A stretch of DNA of 64,000 bases, taken from NCBI GenBank assembly GCA_964016885.1, contig OZ024744.1, positions 9,920,001 through 9,984,000 on the forward strand. Reading direction: 5' to 3'. Under the pieces are notes generated by a model. That model did not search any database. It had not been told where the DNA came from and saw only the letters and a list, made by a program, of their open reading frames with translations. This document shows positions 52,163 to 64,000 of the stretch, in pieces. The stretch comes from Eledone cirrhosa (Eukaryota). Position 1 is the stretch's first letter, and each line of letters starts with the position of its first letter. The position numbers and the translations under genes are program-made.

Positions 52163-54876
52163 ATGCACAAGGCCATACATGAACTTTCACCTGATTTGAC
52201 TGTGTCCCAAATTCGGAAAAAAATGGAAATCTTTGAGCAGTGTAAAGGATTCCATAGGGACAACATCTATTGCATAGGACAGTCTGACTGCACAAATGGA
52301 CTTGAACTGATTCGAAGTATGGCTCCTCACTCTCCTTGCATCCGTACACTTCTGAGATGTGTGTACAAAGTGAGATCAGTCTGTGTCTGGCTAGACTCCT
52401 ATGACATTTCAATCTTGGAAGGAAATTGGTCAATGTTTGATGATCTAGTAAATCCCCAAAACATGTCCAACAATCTGCTAAGCCGTTTGAATGAGATAGT
52501 GGAAAATGAAAATGAAAGCTTGCATTCAGAATCCTCAATCATGGCCAATTTTGCATCCATTATCAAACATTTTAATAAAGAGATTCAAAAAATGAAAATC
52601 AACTCCTGTGACATTTGCAAACAACGAGAATTAGATGCTAAACTCAAAGTCTGGGAGGATTGGAGCCCTTTGACAAATCCCTATCTCCTGGAAACCATTC
52701 AACAAAACTACTCTCTACCATGTACGATTTGCTCTACATGTAGAAATAGTCTTGTCAAAAAGTCGATACCATCATTGGCTTCAATCAATGGCCTAGAAGT
52801 GGTCAAAATTTCAAATGTGTTGTCAAAGTTGAACATGTATGAGCAGATTTTGATCCAAATGGCCAAATGCTTCATCAATGTCATTAAATTGTCAACCTAT
52901 CGTTTCAAAGGTGCACCATCAGATCTAGTAGCTGCTATTAAAGGAATAGCAACTCACATGCCACTACCAGTAGAAAACACAATCAATCATGTAATGAAAA
53001 AACTTCCATCGAATCAAAATGATGCATTTGAAATAATTGTTGATAGTCTTCCAACTAAAAAGGGCACAATTTGGCGATCGCTAGTGAATATGCAAAATGT
53101 CTTTGATGCCTTGGAGTGGCTGAAAAACAACAATGACATTTACAATGACATTTTGATAGACAGAACCACAAATTTAGAGGACATTGTTACATGCACTGGT
53201 GAAAAATCAATTTTCCACACATTCTCACACAAACTGGTGCTGAAACAGTCTATGAACACCATACTGTACAGCAAATCAAGCCTGCACTCCCAAATCAAAA
53301 GGACCTTGAACTGTTTCGCATGAAACGAGTTGAAGGTACTCTTCTTCCAGACAATGATCCAAACCTGGATCTGATGTGCTTCCCCCACTTATTCCCTAAA
53401 GGAAAATTTGGAATGATGCACATGAACAGACCCCATGGTAGAGTAAAGCCATACATGTTCATCAGAAACAGACTCAGACATGAGGACCCCCGGTTTCGTA
53501 GAGACATTCAGTACATTCTCTACAATTTGGACAAGGCTGACAAAAGAGCACTAGATTCTGGCATTTATGCCATAATGAAATCACTCAAAAGTCCAAAATT
53601 GACACTTGCTCAATTTTATAAAAGATTGGAAGACAATGATGAACAATTGGAAAGTGGTTTGTCAATGATGATGGCGAATGTTCGTGGAACAAAGCCATTT
53701 TGGGAATGCAAGTGTTCCGACTTGAATGCCATAGATGAGAAATTCGGTCCTGCCCATTTGTTTATCACTCTTTCATGTACTGAATACTTTTGGCCAGGCT
53801 TGAGGGAATTTTTGGAAAAACTCAATAAAGACATTGCAAATGTTGAAACAAGGCCGATAGGGAATCTCTGTGCAAATGATGTTGTGGCTGTCAGTGAGTA
53901 CTTTCACCATCGTTTTAGTGCTGTTTTTCATGATGTAATTTTAAATAAAAAAGGCCCATTTGGGGAAATTATTCATTACTTTTGGCGACTCGAGTATCAA
54001 CAATGTGGTGCCCCTCACATTCACCTTAAAGCCTGGGTTCGGGACAGTGTAATTTTTGACAAAGATCCTAAAGAAAAAATCAAGCAATTTATTGAACGCT
54101 GCATTACTTGCCGGCTACCATCCCCTGTGGCCAGCCCAAACTTGGAAAATCTCGTTAGACGGTTCCTAGTCCATACTTGTGGCAAAGCATGCTGGAGAAT
54201 AGTGGGGAGAGGGAAAAATTTGCGTAAAAAATGCCGTTTTGGTTTTGCACGTGCAGTGGGGCCATTTCGATTTTTCTCAGTTTCTGAAAGTATCAAATCA
54301 CGAAAAAATGGTAATGGGACAAAAAAACTGTACCAATTGGAAAGAAAAGAATCAGAAAAGTACATAAATGACTACAATCCATGTTTACTTCTAGCCTGGC
54401 AAGCAAATATAGATGTGCAATACATTGGTGAGAATAGTATGATTTTGAATAGATATGTCACCTGCTATCAGACTAAGGCTGAAAAAAATGAGGCTGGGGG
54501 AGTGTGGGCGAATCTGGATCATTCCAAAACAAAATATGGGAAATACAAAAGTACTGGACTGCAATTGCTTGGGAAAAGGGATACAGGAGGGTATGAAGCT
54601 GCTGACAAACTTTTGGGACATCATTTTTACGGGTCATCAGATCATGTTATTTGGGTAGGTGCAGACATTCCCAGTAGGCGCGGCCGCAGATTGAAATCTC
54701 AAAATGATCTCGATGAACTGAGTGAAGACTCAATGGACTTGTTCTACGAGAACATGGTGGAAACTTTTTACAAAAACCGGCCAAAATTCCTGGAAGATTC
54801 CTCCTTATATGAAGTTGCCAGCAAATATGAGAAGACACAAAAAAACCTGTTGACAAAGATGTGGCTACAAAAATGA
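52163..54876 (+). pseudogene. Helentron N-terminal Cys-rich domain plus HUH Rep endonuclease
   Basis: CDIC..CSTC..VFDALEWLKNNNDIY; FPHLFPKG; motif I PAHLFITLSC; motif II YFWRLEYQQCGAPHIH; motif III YVTCYQTKAE. Confidence 0.88.
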
Positions 54877-56770
54877 AATTGCTCAATGACAAGGGGTATT
54901 TTCATAGTGTAAAAGAGCGGGTAGTTAAAGCACCAAATATACAGCTCAAAAATGACACAAAAGAACGTTATTACTACAATCTTCTAATGCTGTTCAAACC
55001 CTGGTGCGATGAGGACAAAGATTTATTTGGGGGCTGCAAAACATTTGAAGAGTCCTTTCATCTGTGTGCAAACAATTTGCCAGATATGGTGAATTTTCAA
55101 AATGTGAGGAAAAAAATCACTGATGCAGTTGAGATAGGGAAGAGGTTGGAGAAGGAGGGTAAAAAGGAGGGAGAGGTCGGAGAAGGGGGGGAGAAGGGGG
55201 CAAGAGATGAGGCTGGTATTGATGTTCCCCAAATTCGAGATGTAGATGAAACTGCTCTACAGACAAAAGAAACACAGCTTAATACAGATCAAATATCCAT
55301 ATACAATCTAATTGTATCAGCAATTGAAAAACAGGAATTGCATTGGAATTCGGTAAAACCACTACCAAGGTGCAGATGTGATGATTGCCCACAATTTCTC
55401 AAATTTGTCTCTGGTGTAAGAGGTACAGGAAAAAGTTTTCTCATTGATATAATTTCTGACAAAGTTACTCAAATTTGTTGCAAGAGAAATGGGGCCCCAG
55501 TAGTCATTTGTGCACCAACTGGTATGGCTGCTTTCCAAATCAAGGGGACTACTTTGCACAGGCTCTTGAAACTCCCAGTCCAACATAGAAAATCACCATC
55601 ATATAGGGAATTAGAAAGTGATGAACTCAAAATTTTGCGATCCACTCTAGAGGGTGTCCGTCTGATAATTATCGATGAAATAAGTATGGTCAGTCATCTG
55701 ATGTTGGCATTTATCCATAGGCGTCTAGATAAGATTTTTGGGGACCAGAGTCAAATGACCAGCCCTTTTGGAAAAATAAATATTCTGGTTTTTGGCGATC
55801 TACTTCAACTTCCACCAGTAAATGAAAAAACACTCTTTTCCAGTATTTCTGCATATGATGCTAAAAGGACTGGTCTGGGAATAAGTGGGCAGTCACTGTG
55901 GAAATTTTTCGACTATGATGAGCTCACTATAAACATGCGGCAAAAAATGACAGTGAAAACTATTCTGAAATGTTGGGTCGAATAAGAATAGGATCACCTA
56001 CAGACATGGACATCAAGACTTTGAGTGAACATTGCCTATTCCCAGATCGCAGGGCAACAATGAGAGAGGCAACTGAGAAACTAATGCAACTTTGCACATT
56101 ACCTAGTCAAAAATTTGTCTGTATTTTGCCTGTCAATGAATCTAGATGAATTCAACAAGGAAATGCTTAAGCATGCCAACATCAGTACAGTTGTAGTTAT
56201 TGCTGAGGACTCAGGAATGCGCCAGAAAGGTCGTAAAAAAAAGTCAAAGTCAAACAAATTTTCCAAACCAAAAAAGGCATCAGACACTGCTGGACTTGAG
56301 ACTGAATTGCAAGTTGGAGTTGGGGCCAGAGTAATGCTGAGACGAAACATTAATTTGGTGAAGGGGCTATGTAATGGTGTCATGGGAACAGTGCAAAGCA
56401 TGGTCAATGGAAAAGATGGGAAAATGGGATAAATCATTGTGGAATTTGATCACATGATAGGCAATGACATTTCAATAGAAAAGGTGACTGCAGACTATGA
56501 AATCTCTCCTGGTGTGTGTGTGACATGAAAACAGTTCCCCCTAAGCCTTGCCTATGCCATCACCATCCATAAATCACAGGGAATAAGTGTTGATGGGGTC
56601 ATTGCTGATCTTGGTCCTCTGTTGTTCGCAGATGGAATGGCCTATGTTGCACTTTCACGAGCTAGGAAACTCTGCAATGTCTATTTGATAGATTTTAACC
56701 CACGAACCCTGATCATGAGTGACAAATCTGCTTGGGAAGAGTACAACAAATTGCGTTCTACAGAAATAAA
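54873..56770 (+). pseudogene. Pif1-family helicase with frameshifts and stops
   Basis: GVRGTGKS, APTGMAA, IIIDEISMV, FGDLLQLPPV, LTINMRQ, GARVMLRRN..GLCNG, QFPLSLAYAITIHKSQG, AYVALSR. Confidence 0.92.
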
Positions 56771-56821
56771 CCACCATGCATGGCTTCTGAATCTTGCATG
56801 CCAAAAAAACGATCATGGCAA

Positions 56822-57750
56822 ATGTTGAATGTGGACAACCCTTCTGAATATGCTCCTCCTACCAAAAAACCTAAATTAGCTACAATTTCCATGCTCACTC
56901 CCATGATTAGACTACAAAATAAGGAAAATGCCTGTTTTGCCAATTCCACACTTCAAGCTATTGCCCAATTGCCCAAACTTTGGGAAACTTTGTTGTCTAC
57001 CCAATTACTTAGTCCAGTTGTTCAGGAAATAGCAAATATTGTCACACCAGGGGATCGGGATGTTTCAATTCTGCGAAGATTAATTGGGGGCAGATTTAAG
57101 GATGGTGCTCAGCAATGTGCCCATGATTTTTTGAAAAATATCTACCCACATTTTCCACCAAATGCACAGCAAATATTCCAATTTCAAGTGAATGAAACAC
57201 TAAGATGCACTAAAAGTCATGAAAATGAATGCCCACGTTTGAATGATCAAATTTGTACTTGCACACATAGACCTGGATGTGGACTCGAAACTCACAAAAC
57301 ACCAGAAATTAAATCAGACTTGACATTGCATCCTATTCAAGGCCCTTAACAGTTTCGTACTTTACTTGTATCAAATGACACCATAAAACAATGTGACACC
57401 TGCACCACCAATACAGAGAATAAAACAACCATCAGGAGAGATTTCCCACCCACAATGCACTACCTTGTAGTATCAATCAACCGATTCCTCATAACCAGTG
57501 GTCAAGAAACTCAAATACATTGTGATTTATTGAATTTCAGTTCAAAACGCCAGCAGTTTTTGATACCAATTTCCAACTTCAATCAGCAATTGTTCACACA
57601 TTAGGTTCCACATCAGGAGGTCATTACACTTGTTTAATTCACAAAGATGGTGACAAATGGGATGAAATTAGTGACACGTGCATAACCAAAAGGCACCCAA
57701 AATTTCCACCTAAATTGCCAAATATTGTTTTACTTTTTAAAAAAAAACTA
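56822..57750 (+). pseudogene. Ubiquitin-specific protease (C19)-like domain
   Basis: Cys box LQNKENACFANSTLQAI; QQCAHDFL; CDTC; YLVVSINRF; His box AIVHTLGSTSGGHYTCL..KWDEISD at ~57585-57675. Confidence 0.75.
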
Positions 57751-58232
57751 TAGGTCCAATATCACTCCAGAATGCTCTGTCCTACACATCCAAGTGAACT
57801 CTATTAGACATTAAAATAATATAGAGTATAAAAATCTGTACTACTATATGAAAAATTTGTTTCATTTGTCAAGCAACTGTGTCAAAGGACAGTGCCGAAG
57901 TATGCAGTAGGTCTGCCCAATGTAACTGTTGTTTTGTAACATGAGCAATTTTTCATTTATATGTAGTACTACAGAAAATTTGTTACATTTGTCAAGCTAC
58001 AGTGTCAGAGGATAGTGCCGAAGTATGCAGTAGGTCTATCCAATGTATCTGTTGTCTGCCAAATCAGTCAAATGTCACTAAAAGCCAGGTGGTTGATAAC
58101 AACTTCTATAAGATTAATTACATGCTCTAATGATCTGAATCCTCGTCGCACCGTTGGCACTACAAAGCTGTGCAAAGTAATACAATAATTTTTGCCCAAG
58201 TATTTTTTATTAATCATTTATTTCTAAATTAA

Positions 58233-58587
58233 GGATAAAGTGCCCATTCGAGGCACAAAACCGGAAAAACAGGGGAAGAGTCTCTTTGCAAGGCTACAGA
58301 AAATAGCGGAAAAGCACCACTGTACACCCATTTTCTACAGTGGTGTCATTCCACGTCCACAAAGTGTAATTGAAAATAAAAATGACTTGGGCAAGAGAAA
58401 TTCTCGTTTGGAAAAGTTTAATTACTGCATGAAAGAAATGATTCAAAAATTGAACTTGCCCAATCTTCACAACATTGAAAATTGGTCAAAATTTGACAAA
58501 TCTGACTTCAAACCAGATATGATTCATTTGAACAATGTTGGAAATCTTAAATTTACACAAATTTTTGCCAATGTTTTTGCCACCTGA
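58233..58587 (+). pseudogene. SGNH/GDSL hydrolase-like C-terminal fragment
   Basis: FYSGVIPRP..RLEKFN..DFKPDMIHLNNVG fits block V (DxxH..G); possible acceptor tttctaaattaAG just upstream. Confidence 0.55.
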
Positions 58588-59277
58588 GGTAATTACAAGG
58601 GGAGGTAATTACGAGTCTCTCTCTATTATCTAATATATTTCAAATTGTATTTTTAACTAAATTCATTTATCATAGTCTAATATTTTAAAAATAGGTGAGT
58701 ACTCCACGATGATGACCCATGTCCCCGGAGCCATCCAGATATCATGTGACCATTTTTGGTTCGCGGTGTCCACATGATATCTGGATGGCCCTTTATACTA
58801 ATTAGTCATTAATCTGCCTGAAAATTATACCAGATCATTCTGATTATTGGCTTGAAATCTTTTACAAAATTAGTATGAGCAACTAAGAGGTCATCGATAG
58901 AAATAGAATTACTTTTTGAAGTTTTCATGCACAGCATTTTTGGGGATTTTAAATAAAAGTTAATATCATAATTCTTATTTTGTATCCCCACATTGCAGAT
59001 ACAGAGAAACATGACAATCCTATATAAAGGTCGTAGACAGCAGTATCAGTTTTTATCCGTAACACCATTGAAATGCACAAGTTTCACCAATTCACTATTA
59101 TGCACTAATCATCTCAAAAGCATTCATGATTTACTAGCTTTGTCATTAAGCCAGTTGCCTCAACTAGATTGCAATTATACTCAAAAGAACTTTAAAATGT
59201 CAATCACTTGTCAGTAATTCACTATGATCATTTAATTATTAGATAGTTGTTGCTTGCATTGCCTTAAAAAATAGTAG

Positions 59278-60377
59278 ACCAGATAGAAAAATGCGTACAG
59301 CAAAAAAAAGTAATATTGTTGGAATATAAACCTTTAAAAATACAGGAGAAGAAACTAAAATAAAACTTTAAAAGAATAGGACAAGAAACTAAAATAAAAC
59401 TTTAAAAGAATAGGACAAGAAACTAAAATAAAACTTTAAAGAATTGGACAAGAAATAAAAAATTTTACAATAATATTAGTGGCAAAATTTTTTTATTCGT
59501 TTCCTATGCTATGCCCCAGTATCTTCTTGATTAGTGCATAATAATTGTCATGCTCTCATTGTGCGTTGCCCCTGAGCGGTTGGTTCTGGTTGGGGTTGAT
59601 TGGTTGAGCAGTTCTGCTCTGTCAGAATGACCATTGCAAGAAGAATTGGCCAATGCAGCTGCAGGTTTCCTCCAAGAATGCACTTCTGGTCCCGCAACAC
59701 CAGACGAAGATGGAGAAGACGACCGGGACAAGATGTCGACTCTGACCACCGACTACGGCACCTCCCTCAAACACCGGTCCTCCCTCCCTCTGTCCCGTCA
59801 TCCCTCCAGTCCTCCTGCTCCCCCTTCCTGTACCAGAAAGCTGTGGCACGCATTCATCTGGACTGCCGGACTTGAACTCAAGGACAAGATGCAAGGAGAA
59901 GATGGACGAGTTGGTCAAGATCAAGGATGAGCGGGACGACAAGACCGTCCGCTGCTGCTCAAGATCTGTGCTCATGGGCCCATGGGTCCATTCACATTAT
60001 GCATGACACATGAGGCGTGGCGCCGAATGATGAAATAGGGGTATGGTTATGGCTCAATTGGTGTTCAAACCAGGATCAAATGATCCCCCGGTCTGACGAC
60101 GACCTCTGAATGTGGAACCCAGAGCCTATGAATGTGGAACTCGATTGTTTACCAATAAAAATGTTGCCACTAATATTATTGTAAAATTTTTTATTTAGTT
60201 TCTTGTCCTATTCTTTTAAAGTTTTATCTTAGTTTCTTGTCCTATTCTTTTAAAGTTTTATCTTAGTTTCTTGTCCTATTCTTTTAAAGTTTTATTTTAG
60301 TTTCTTGTCCTGTATTTTTAAAGGTTTATATTCCAACAATATTACTTTTTTTTGCTGTACGCATTTTTCTATCTGGT
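59278..60377. mobile_element. 1.1-kb foldback-type DNA transposon with ~210-bp TIRs containing ~33-bp tandem repeats (possibly CMC/EnSpm-like)
   Basis: 59278-59485 is the reverse complement of 60164-60377; termini ACCAGATAGAAAAATGCG; GC-rich interior. Confidence 0.8.
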
Positions 60378-60469
60378 ATATATATATGTGTGTATATATA
60401 TATATATGTGTGTATATATATATATGTATATATATATATGTGTGTATTTGTATATATGTGTGTATATAT

Positions 60470-63400
60470 CGGAATTCTGGAGAGTTGAAGAGAGAAAAAT
60501 CTGGACGCTCAGCGACAGTGCCAAAGATAAAGACAAATTCACCTCGTGGACGAGAATGCGAGCATTCCTCTTTGTTTCGGCCGCGGATGGCTAACATAAC
60601 CCCATCTCCCCCCGCTCCCCACCGCTCCCACCCTCCAAACGCAATCCAAAACTTCAGAGTTGGTACCATGAATGTAGGCACCTTAAAGGGTCGCTCTAAA
60701 GAGGTTGTAGAAATGCTTGAACGTAAGGAGGTCGATGTTTGTTGTATTCAAGAGACCAGGTGGAGGGGTGGGTCTGCTAGATTCATTGTGGGTAAAAAAC
60801 GATGCTATAAACTTTTCTGGGTGGGAAATGACAATGGGCTGGGTGGAGTAGGAATCATGGTAGCAGAAAAGTGGGCAGATAAGATAATAGACCTAAATAG
60901 AGTGAACGACAGAATAATTAAAATAAGACTTGTCCTCAATAGAACTACGGTGACAGTAATATCTGCGTACGCACCCCAATCCGGACTGCCTGGCACTATA
61001 AAAGACATATTCTATGAGACACTGATGCTCACTACCTCCCAAATAACCGATAGTGACTATATAATTATTGCAGGCGACCTAAATGGTCACGTTGGACAAC
61101 ATTGTGACGGCTATGATGGAATCCATGGAGGCTCTGAGATTTGGTACTAGAAATGAGGAAGGCTCCAGAATCCTGGAATTCTGTGATGCAAATAACCTAA
61201 CTATCTGCAACACTAACTTCAAAAAACGTGACAATCGCCTGATCACCTATAGATCGGGGGAACACACAAGCCAGGTAGATTATATCCTTACCAGAAGACG
61301 TGACAGAGTGTCTGTTGTAAACACTAAATCCCCCATGAAGAATGCACGTCTCAACATAGACTGATAATTAGCGACCTAATAGTCAGGACGAGACATACTC
61401 GACAGCAGAAGAGGACTATCCTCAGGAGAAAAATATGGAAGCTAAAGGACCCCACAGCCAGAAATAAATTCAAAAGTATACTACTTGATGCTTTCTACAG
61501 TAAGGAAGAGCAATTAGAGTCGTACAATATAGAGGAGCAGTGGGAATTCCTGAAAGCAAACCTGCTGATGGCGGCAGACGAAGTCTGTGGCTGGAGCAGG
61601 CCTGTAGGCAGGAGGAGAGTAACATGGTGGTGGAACAGTAAGGTGGAGGAGTCGATTAAGGCCAAAAAGCAGGCTTGGAAAGTATGGCGGGATGGGGAAG
61701 CAGAGAAGACTATCAAGTGGCCAGGAGGGAAGCTAGGAGACAAGTGTACTTCGCAAGAAGGGAAGCAGAGGAAAGAAAGTTCAAGCATGTTCTACAACGC
61801 GAGGACCAAAAACGTGAGGTGTTCAGGATTGCTAGGCAATGTGTCAAGGAAAACCGTGATATTGTCGGGGAGAAGTGTGTACTTCATGATGACTGCGTAC
61901 TTGCCATCACCGACGCTGATAAGAAGGTAGCTTGGAAGTGTCACTATGAAAGGCTACTAAATGAGGAGAATAAATGGGAGAAAGACAGTCACGCCCACAT
62001 CGACCCAATAGAGGGACCAGCAGTGTTAGTCGAGGGTAGTATAATAAGTAAGGCAATCAAAGATATGAAGACAGGTAAGGCGGCTGGGCCTTCGGAAATA
62101 GTTGCCAAGATGCTGAAAGCATCTGGTACGGTGGGACACACCATGGTCACCCGGATAGTTAACCAAGTCGTACAGAATGGGGTTGTTCCGAAGGACTGGC
62201 ATAGCAGCATCATCGTTAACTGTTATAAGGGTAAAGGAGATGCCCTAGATAGGAGTAACTATAGAGGCATTAAATTAATCGACCAGGTCATGAAGGTCAC
62301 GGAAAAAGTAATAGCGCAACTAATCAGAGAGAGAATTGAACTAGATGAAAGGCAGTTCGGGTTTGTGTCAGGCAAAAGTACCACAGATGCTCTTTTCATT
62401 GTACGACAACTACAGGAGAAGTACCTAGCTAAGAGTAAACCCCTATACTTAGCTTTTGTCGACTTGGAGAAAGCCTTCGCCAGAGTCCCCCGTTCCATTA
62501 TCTGGTGGGCTCTTAGAAAACTAGGTGTTGACGAATGGCTTGTGAGAGCTATACAAGCCATGTATAAAGATACAGTCAGCAAGGTTAGTATTAACAACGA
62601 ATATAGTGAAGAGTTTAGCGTAAAAGTTGGCGTCCATCAGGGCTCTGTTCTCAGCCCCCTACTATTTATTATTGCCCTTCAGGCTATCACAGAGGAGTTC
62701 AAGACCGGTTGCCCATGGGAACTCCTATACGCAGACGACCTAACACTCATAGCTGAATCAATGGCCGAGCTAGAGAAGAAATTCCAAACATGGAAGCACG
62801 GCCTAGAATCAAAAGGCCTTAAAATTAACCTGGCTAAGACTAAAGTTCTAGTTTGTAAGAAAGAAAATAAGGTGGCGGTCCCTTCCGGGAAGTGGCCATG
62901 CTCTGTGTGTAGGAAAGGCGTAGGTAGAAACTCCATTTTGTGTCCCAAATGCAAAGTATGGGTGCATAAAAGATGTAGTGGGATCACAGGTAAGCTAACT
63001 AAGAACATAGATTTTACATGTGGCCGGTGCTCTGGTGCAATAAGTAGCAGCATGTGCCCACAAAATACTAGCTCTTTCAACTGCGCAGAGGGTTCTATAG
63101 AAATAGTGGACAGCTTCTGTTACCTGGGTGACAAAATCAGCAGTAGGGGGGTGGGGGTGCTCTGAAAGTACAGTAGCTAGAGTCATAACTGAATGGAAAA
63201 AGTTCAGAGAGCTTATACCACTATTAGCCGCTAAAGGGTTCTCCCTAAAAATGAAAGGCAGGTTGTACGATGCCTGCATACGAACAGCAATGTTGCATGG
63301 CAGTGAGACCTGGGCATTGTGTGCAGAGGATATACGCAGTCTAGAGAGGAACGAAGCTTGCATGCTCCGCTGGATGTGTAATAGTAATATACGTGAACGG

Positions 63401-64000
63401 CAAAGCATAAACGAACTAAGGAAAAAATTAGAAATAAGAGGGATCAGATGTTGTTTACTCGAGAGAAGGCTACGTTGGTATGGTCACGTGATGCGCATGA
63501 AAGACGATAGCTGTATAACAAAGTGCAGGGCAATAAAGATAGACGGTAGCCACGGAATAGGCAGACCCAGAAAAACCTGGGACGAGCTGATAAATTCCGA
63601 CCTCACACACTTACACCTCTCCAAGATAATGTCACTAGACCGAGACCTTTGGCGGTACTCAGTAATAGAGAAGACCCGCCTTACCTAAATACATAGTAAA
63701 ACCTACTACAGTCAGTAGTCATCTCTAACAAAATACACCCCCGTCCCACCACCCCCACCCCATCCACACCGCCCCTTTCAATGTAAAGTTATGTTGGTGC
63801 CACAACATCCAGGCCGAAACAAATGAGATCGTGTAGGTGTCACGACAAAAAAACACACACTCCACGCTGTAATGTGGCCGTGTAGTCAACACGGTAAAAA
63901 CCTCCCAGACCCACACTGTAAATGTGGTTGGTGTTAGGAAGGGCATCCAGCTGTAGAAAACCCGCCAGACAGTCCTATGCGAGCAAGATAATCACTCTTG
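60470..64000 (+). mobile_element. Near full-length RTE LINE (APE, RT, PHD-like finger) with several frameshifts; 3' UTR runs off the window
   Basis: FRVGTMNVGTL, CCIQETRW, SAYAPQ, AGDLNGHVG, LLYADD; stop at 63688; highly similar to 46543-49072 and 28122-29535. Confidence 0.93.

Larger units (their letters stand above)
49487..58801 (+). mobile_element. Decayed Helentron/Helitron2-type rolling-circle transposon (ends tentative)
   Basis: Collinear broken ORFs: 2A-like motif, repeats, Cys-rich N-domain, HUH Rep, Pif1 helicase, USP-like peptidase, SGNH fragment; candidate left end AAACAAG; 19-bp stem-loop at 58730-58789. Confidence 0.8.

Noticed and set aside
50969-52266. Antisense His/Leu/Pro repeat ORFs
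   Set aside because: They are alternative frames of the triplet-length tandem repeat; the plus-strand frame is collinear with RepHel

Overview
Repeat-dense, AT-rich animal genomic DNA. The SINE/RTE repertoire and very long (TA)/(TATG) arrays suggest an octopus or other cephalopod (inference). The only recognisable host gene is a large terminal exon of an ADCY9-like adenylate cyclase (5132-6642, +). The rest is mobile DNA: RTE LINEs with a PHD-like finger inside the RT, a near-intact CR1-group LINE, a decayed Dong/R4-like element, tRNA-derived SINEs, non-autonomous Helitrons, a long-TIR foldback element, Penelope-like (Naiad-type) retroelements and a ~9 kb decayed Helentron/Helitron2-type element. 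Four observations stand out. (i) The Helentron carries an N-terminal 2A-like motif, a USP/C19 deubiquitinase-like domain after the helicase and an SGNH-hydrolase fragment. (ii) Several sequence-unrelated 'long palindrome + tail' inserts in (TA)n share an ACTC..GAGT(G)CT tail hairpin with the Penelope-like ends. (iii) Seven minimal hammerhead ribozyme motifs are present. (iv) An in-frame TGA replaces a conserved Cys in the Penelope-like ORF, which could be selenocysteine or simple decay. All calls were made by eye with no database searches, so element boundaries are approximate.
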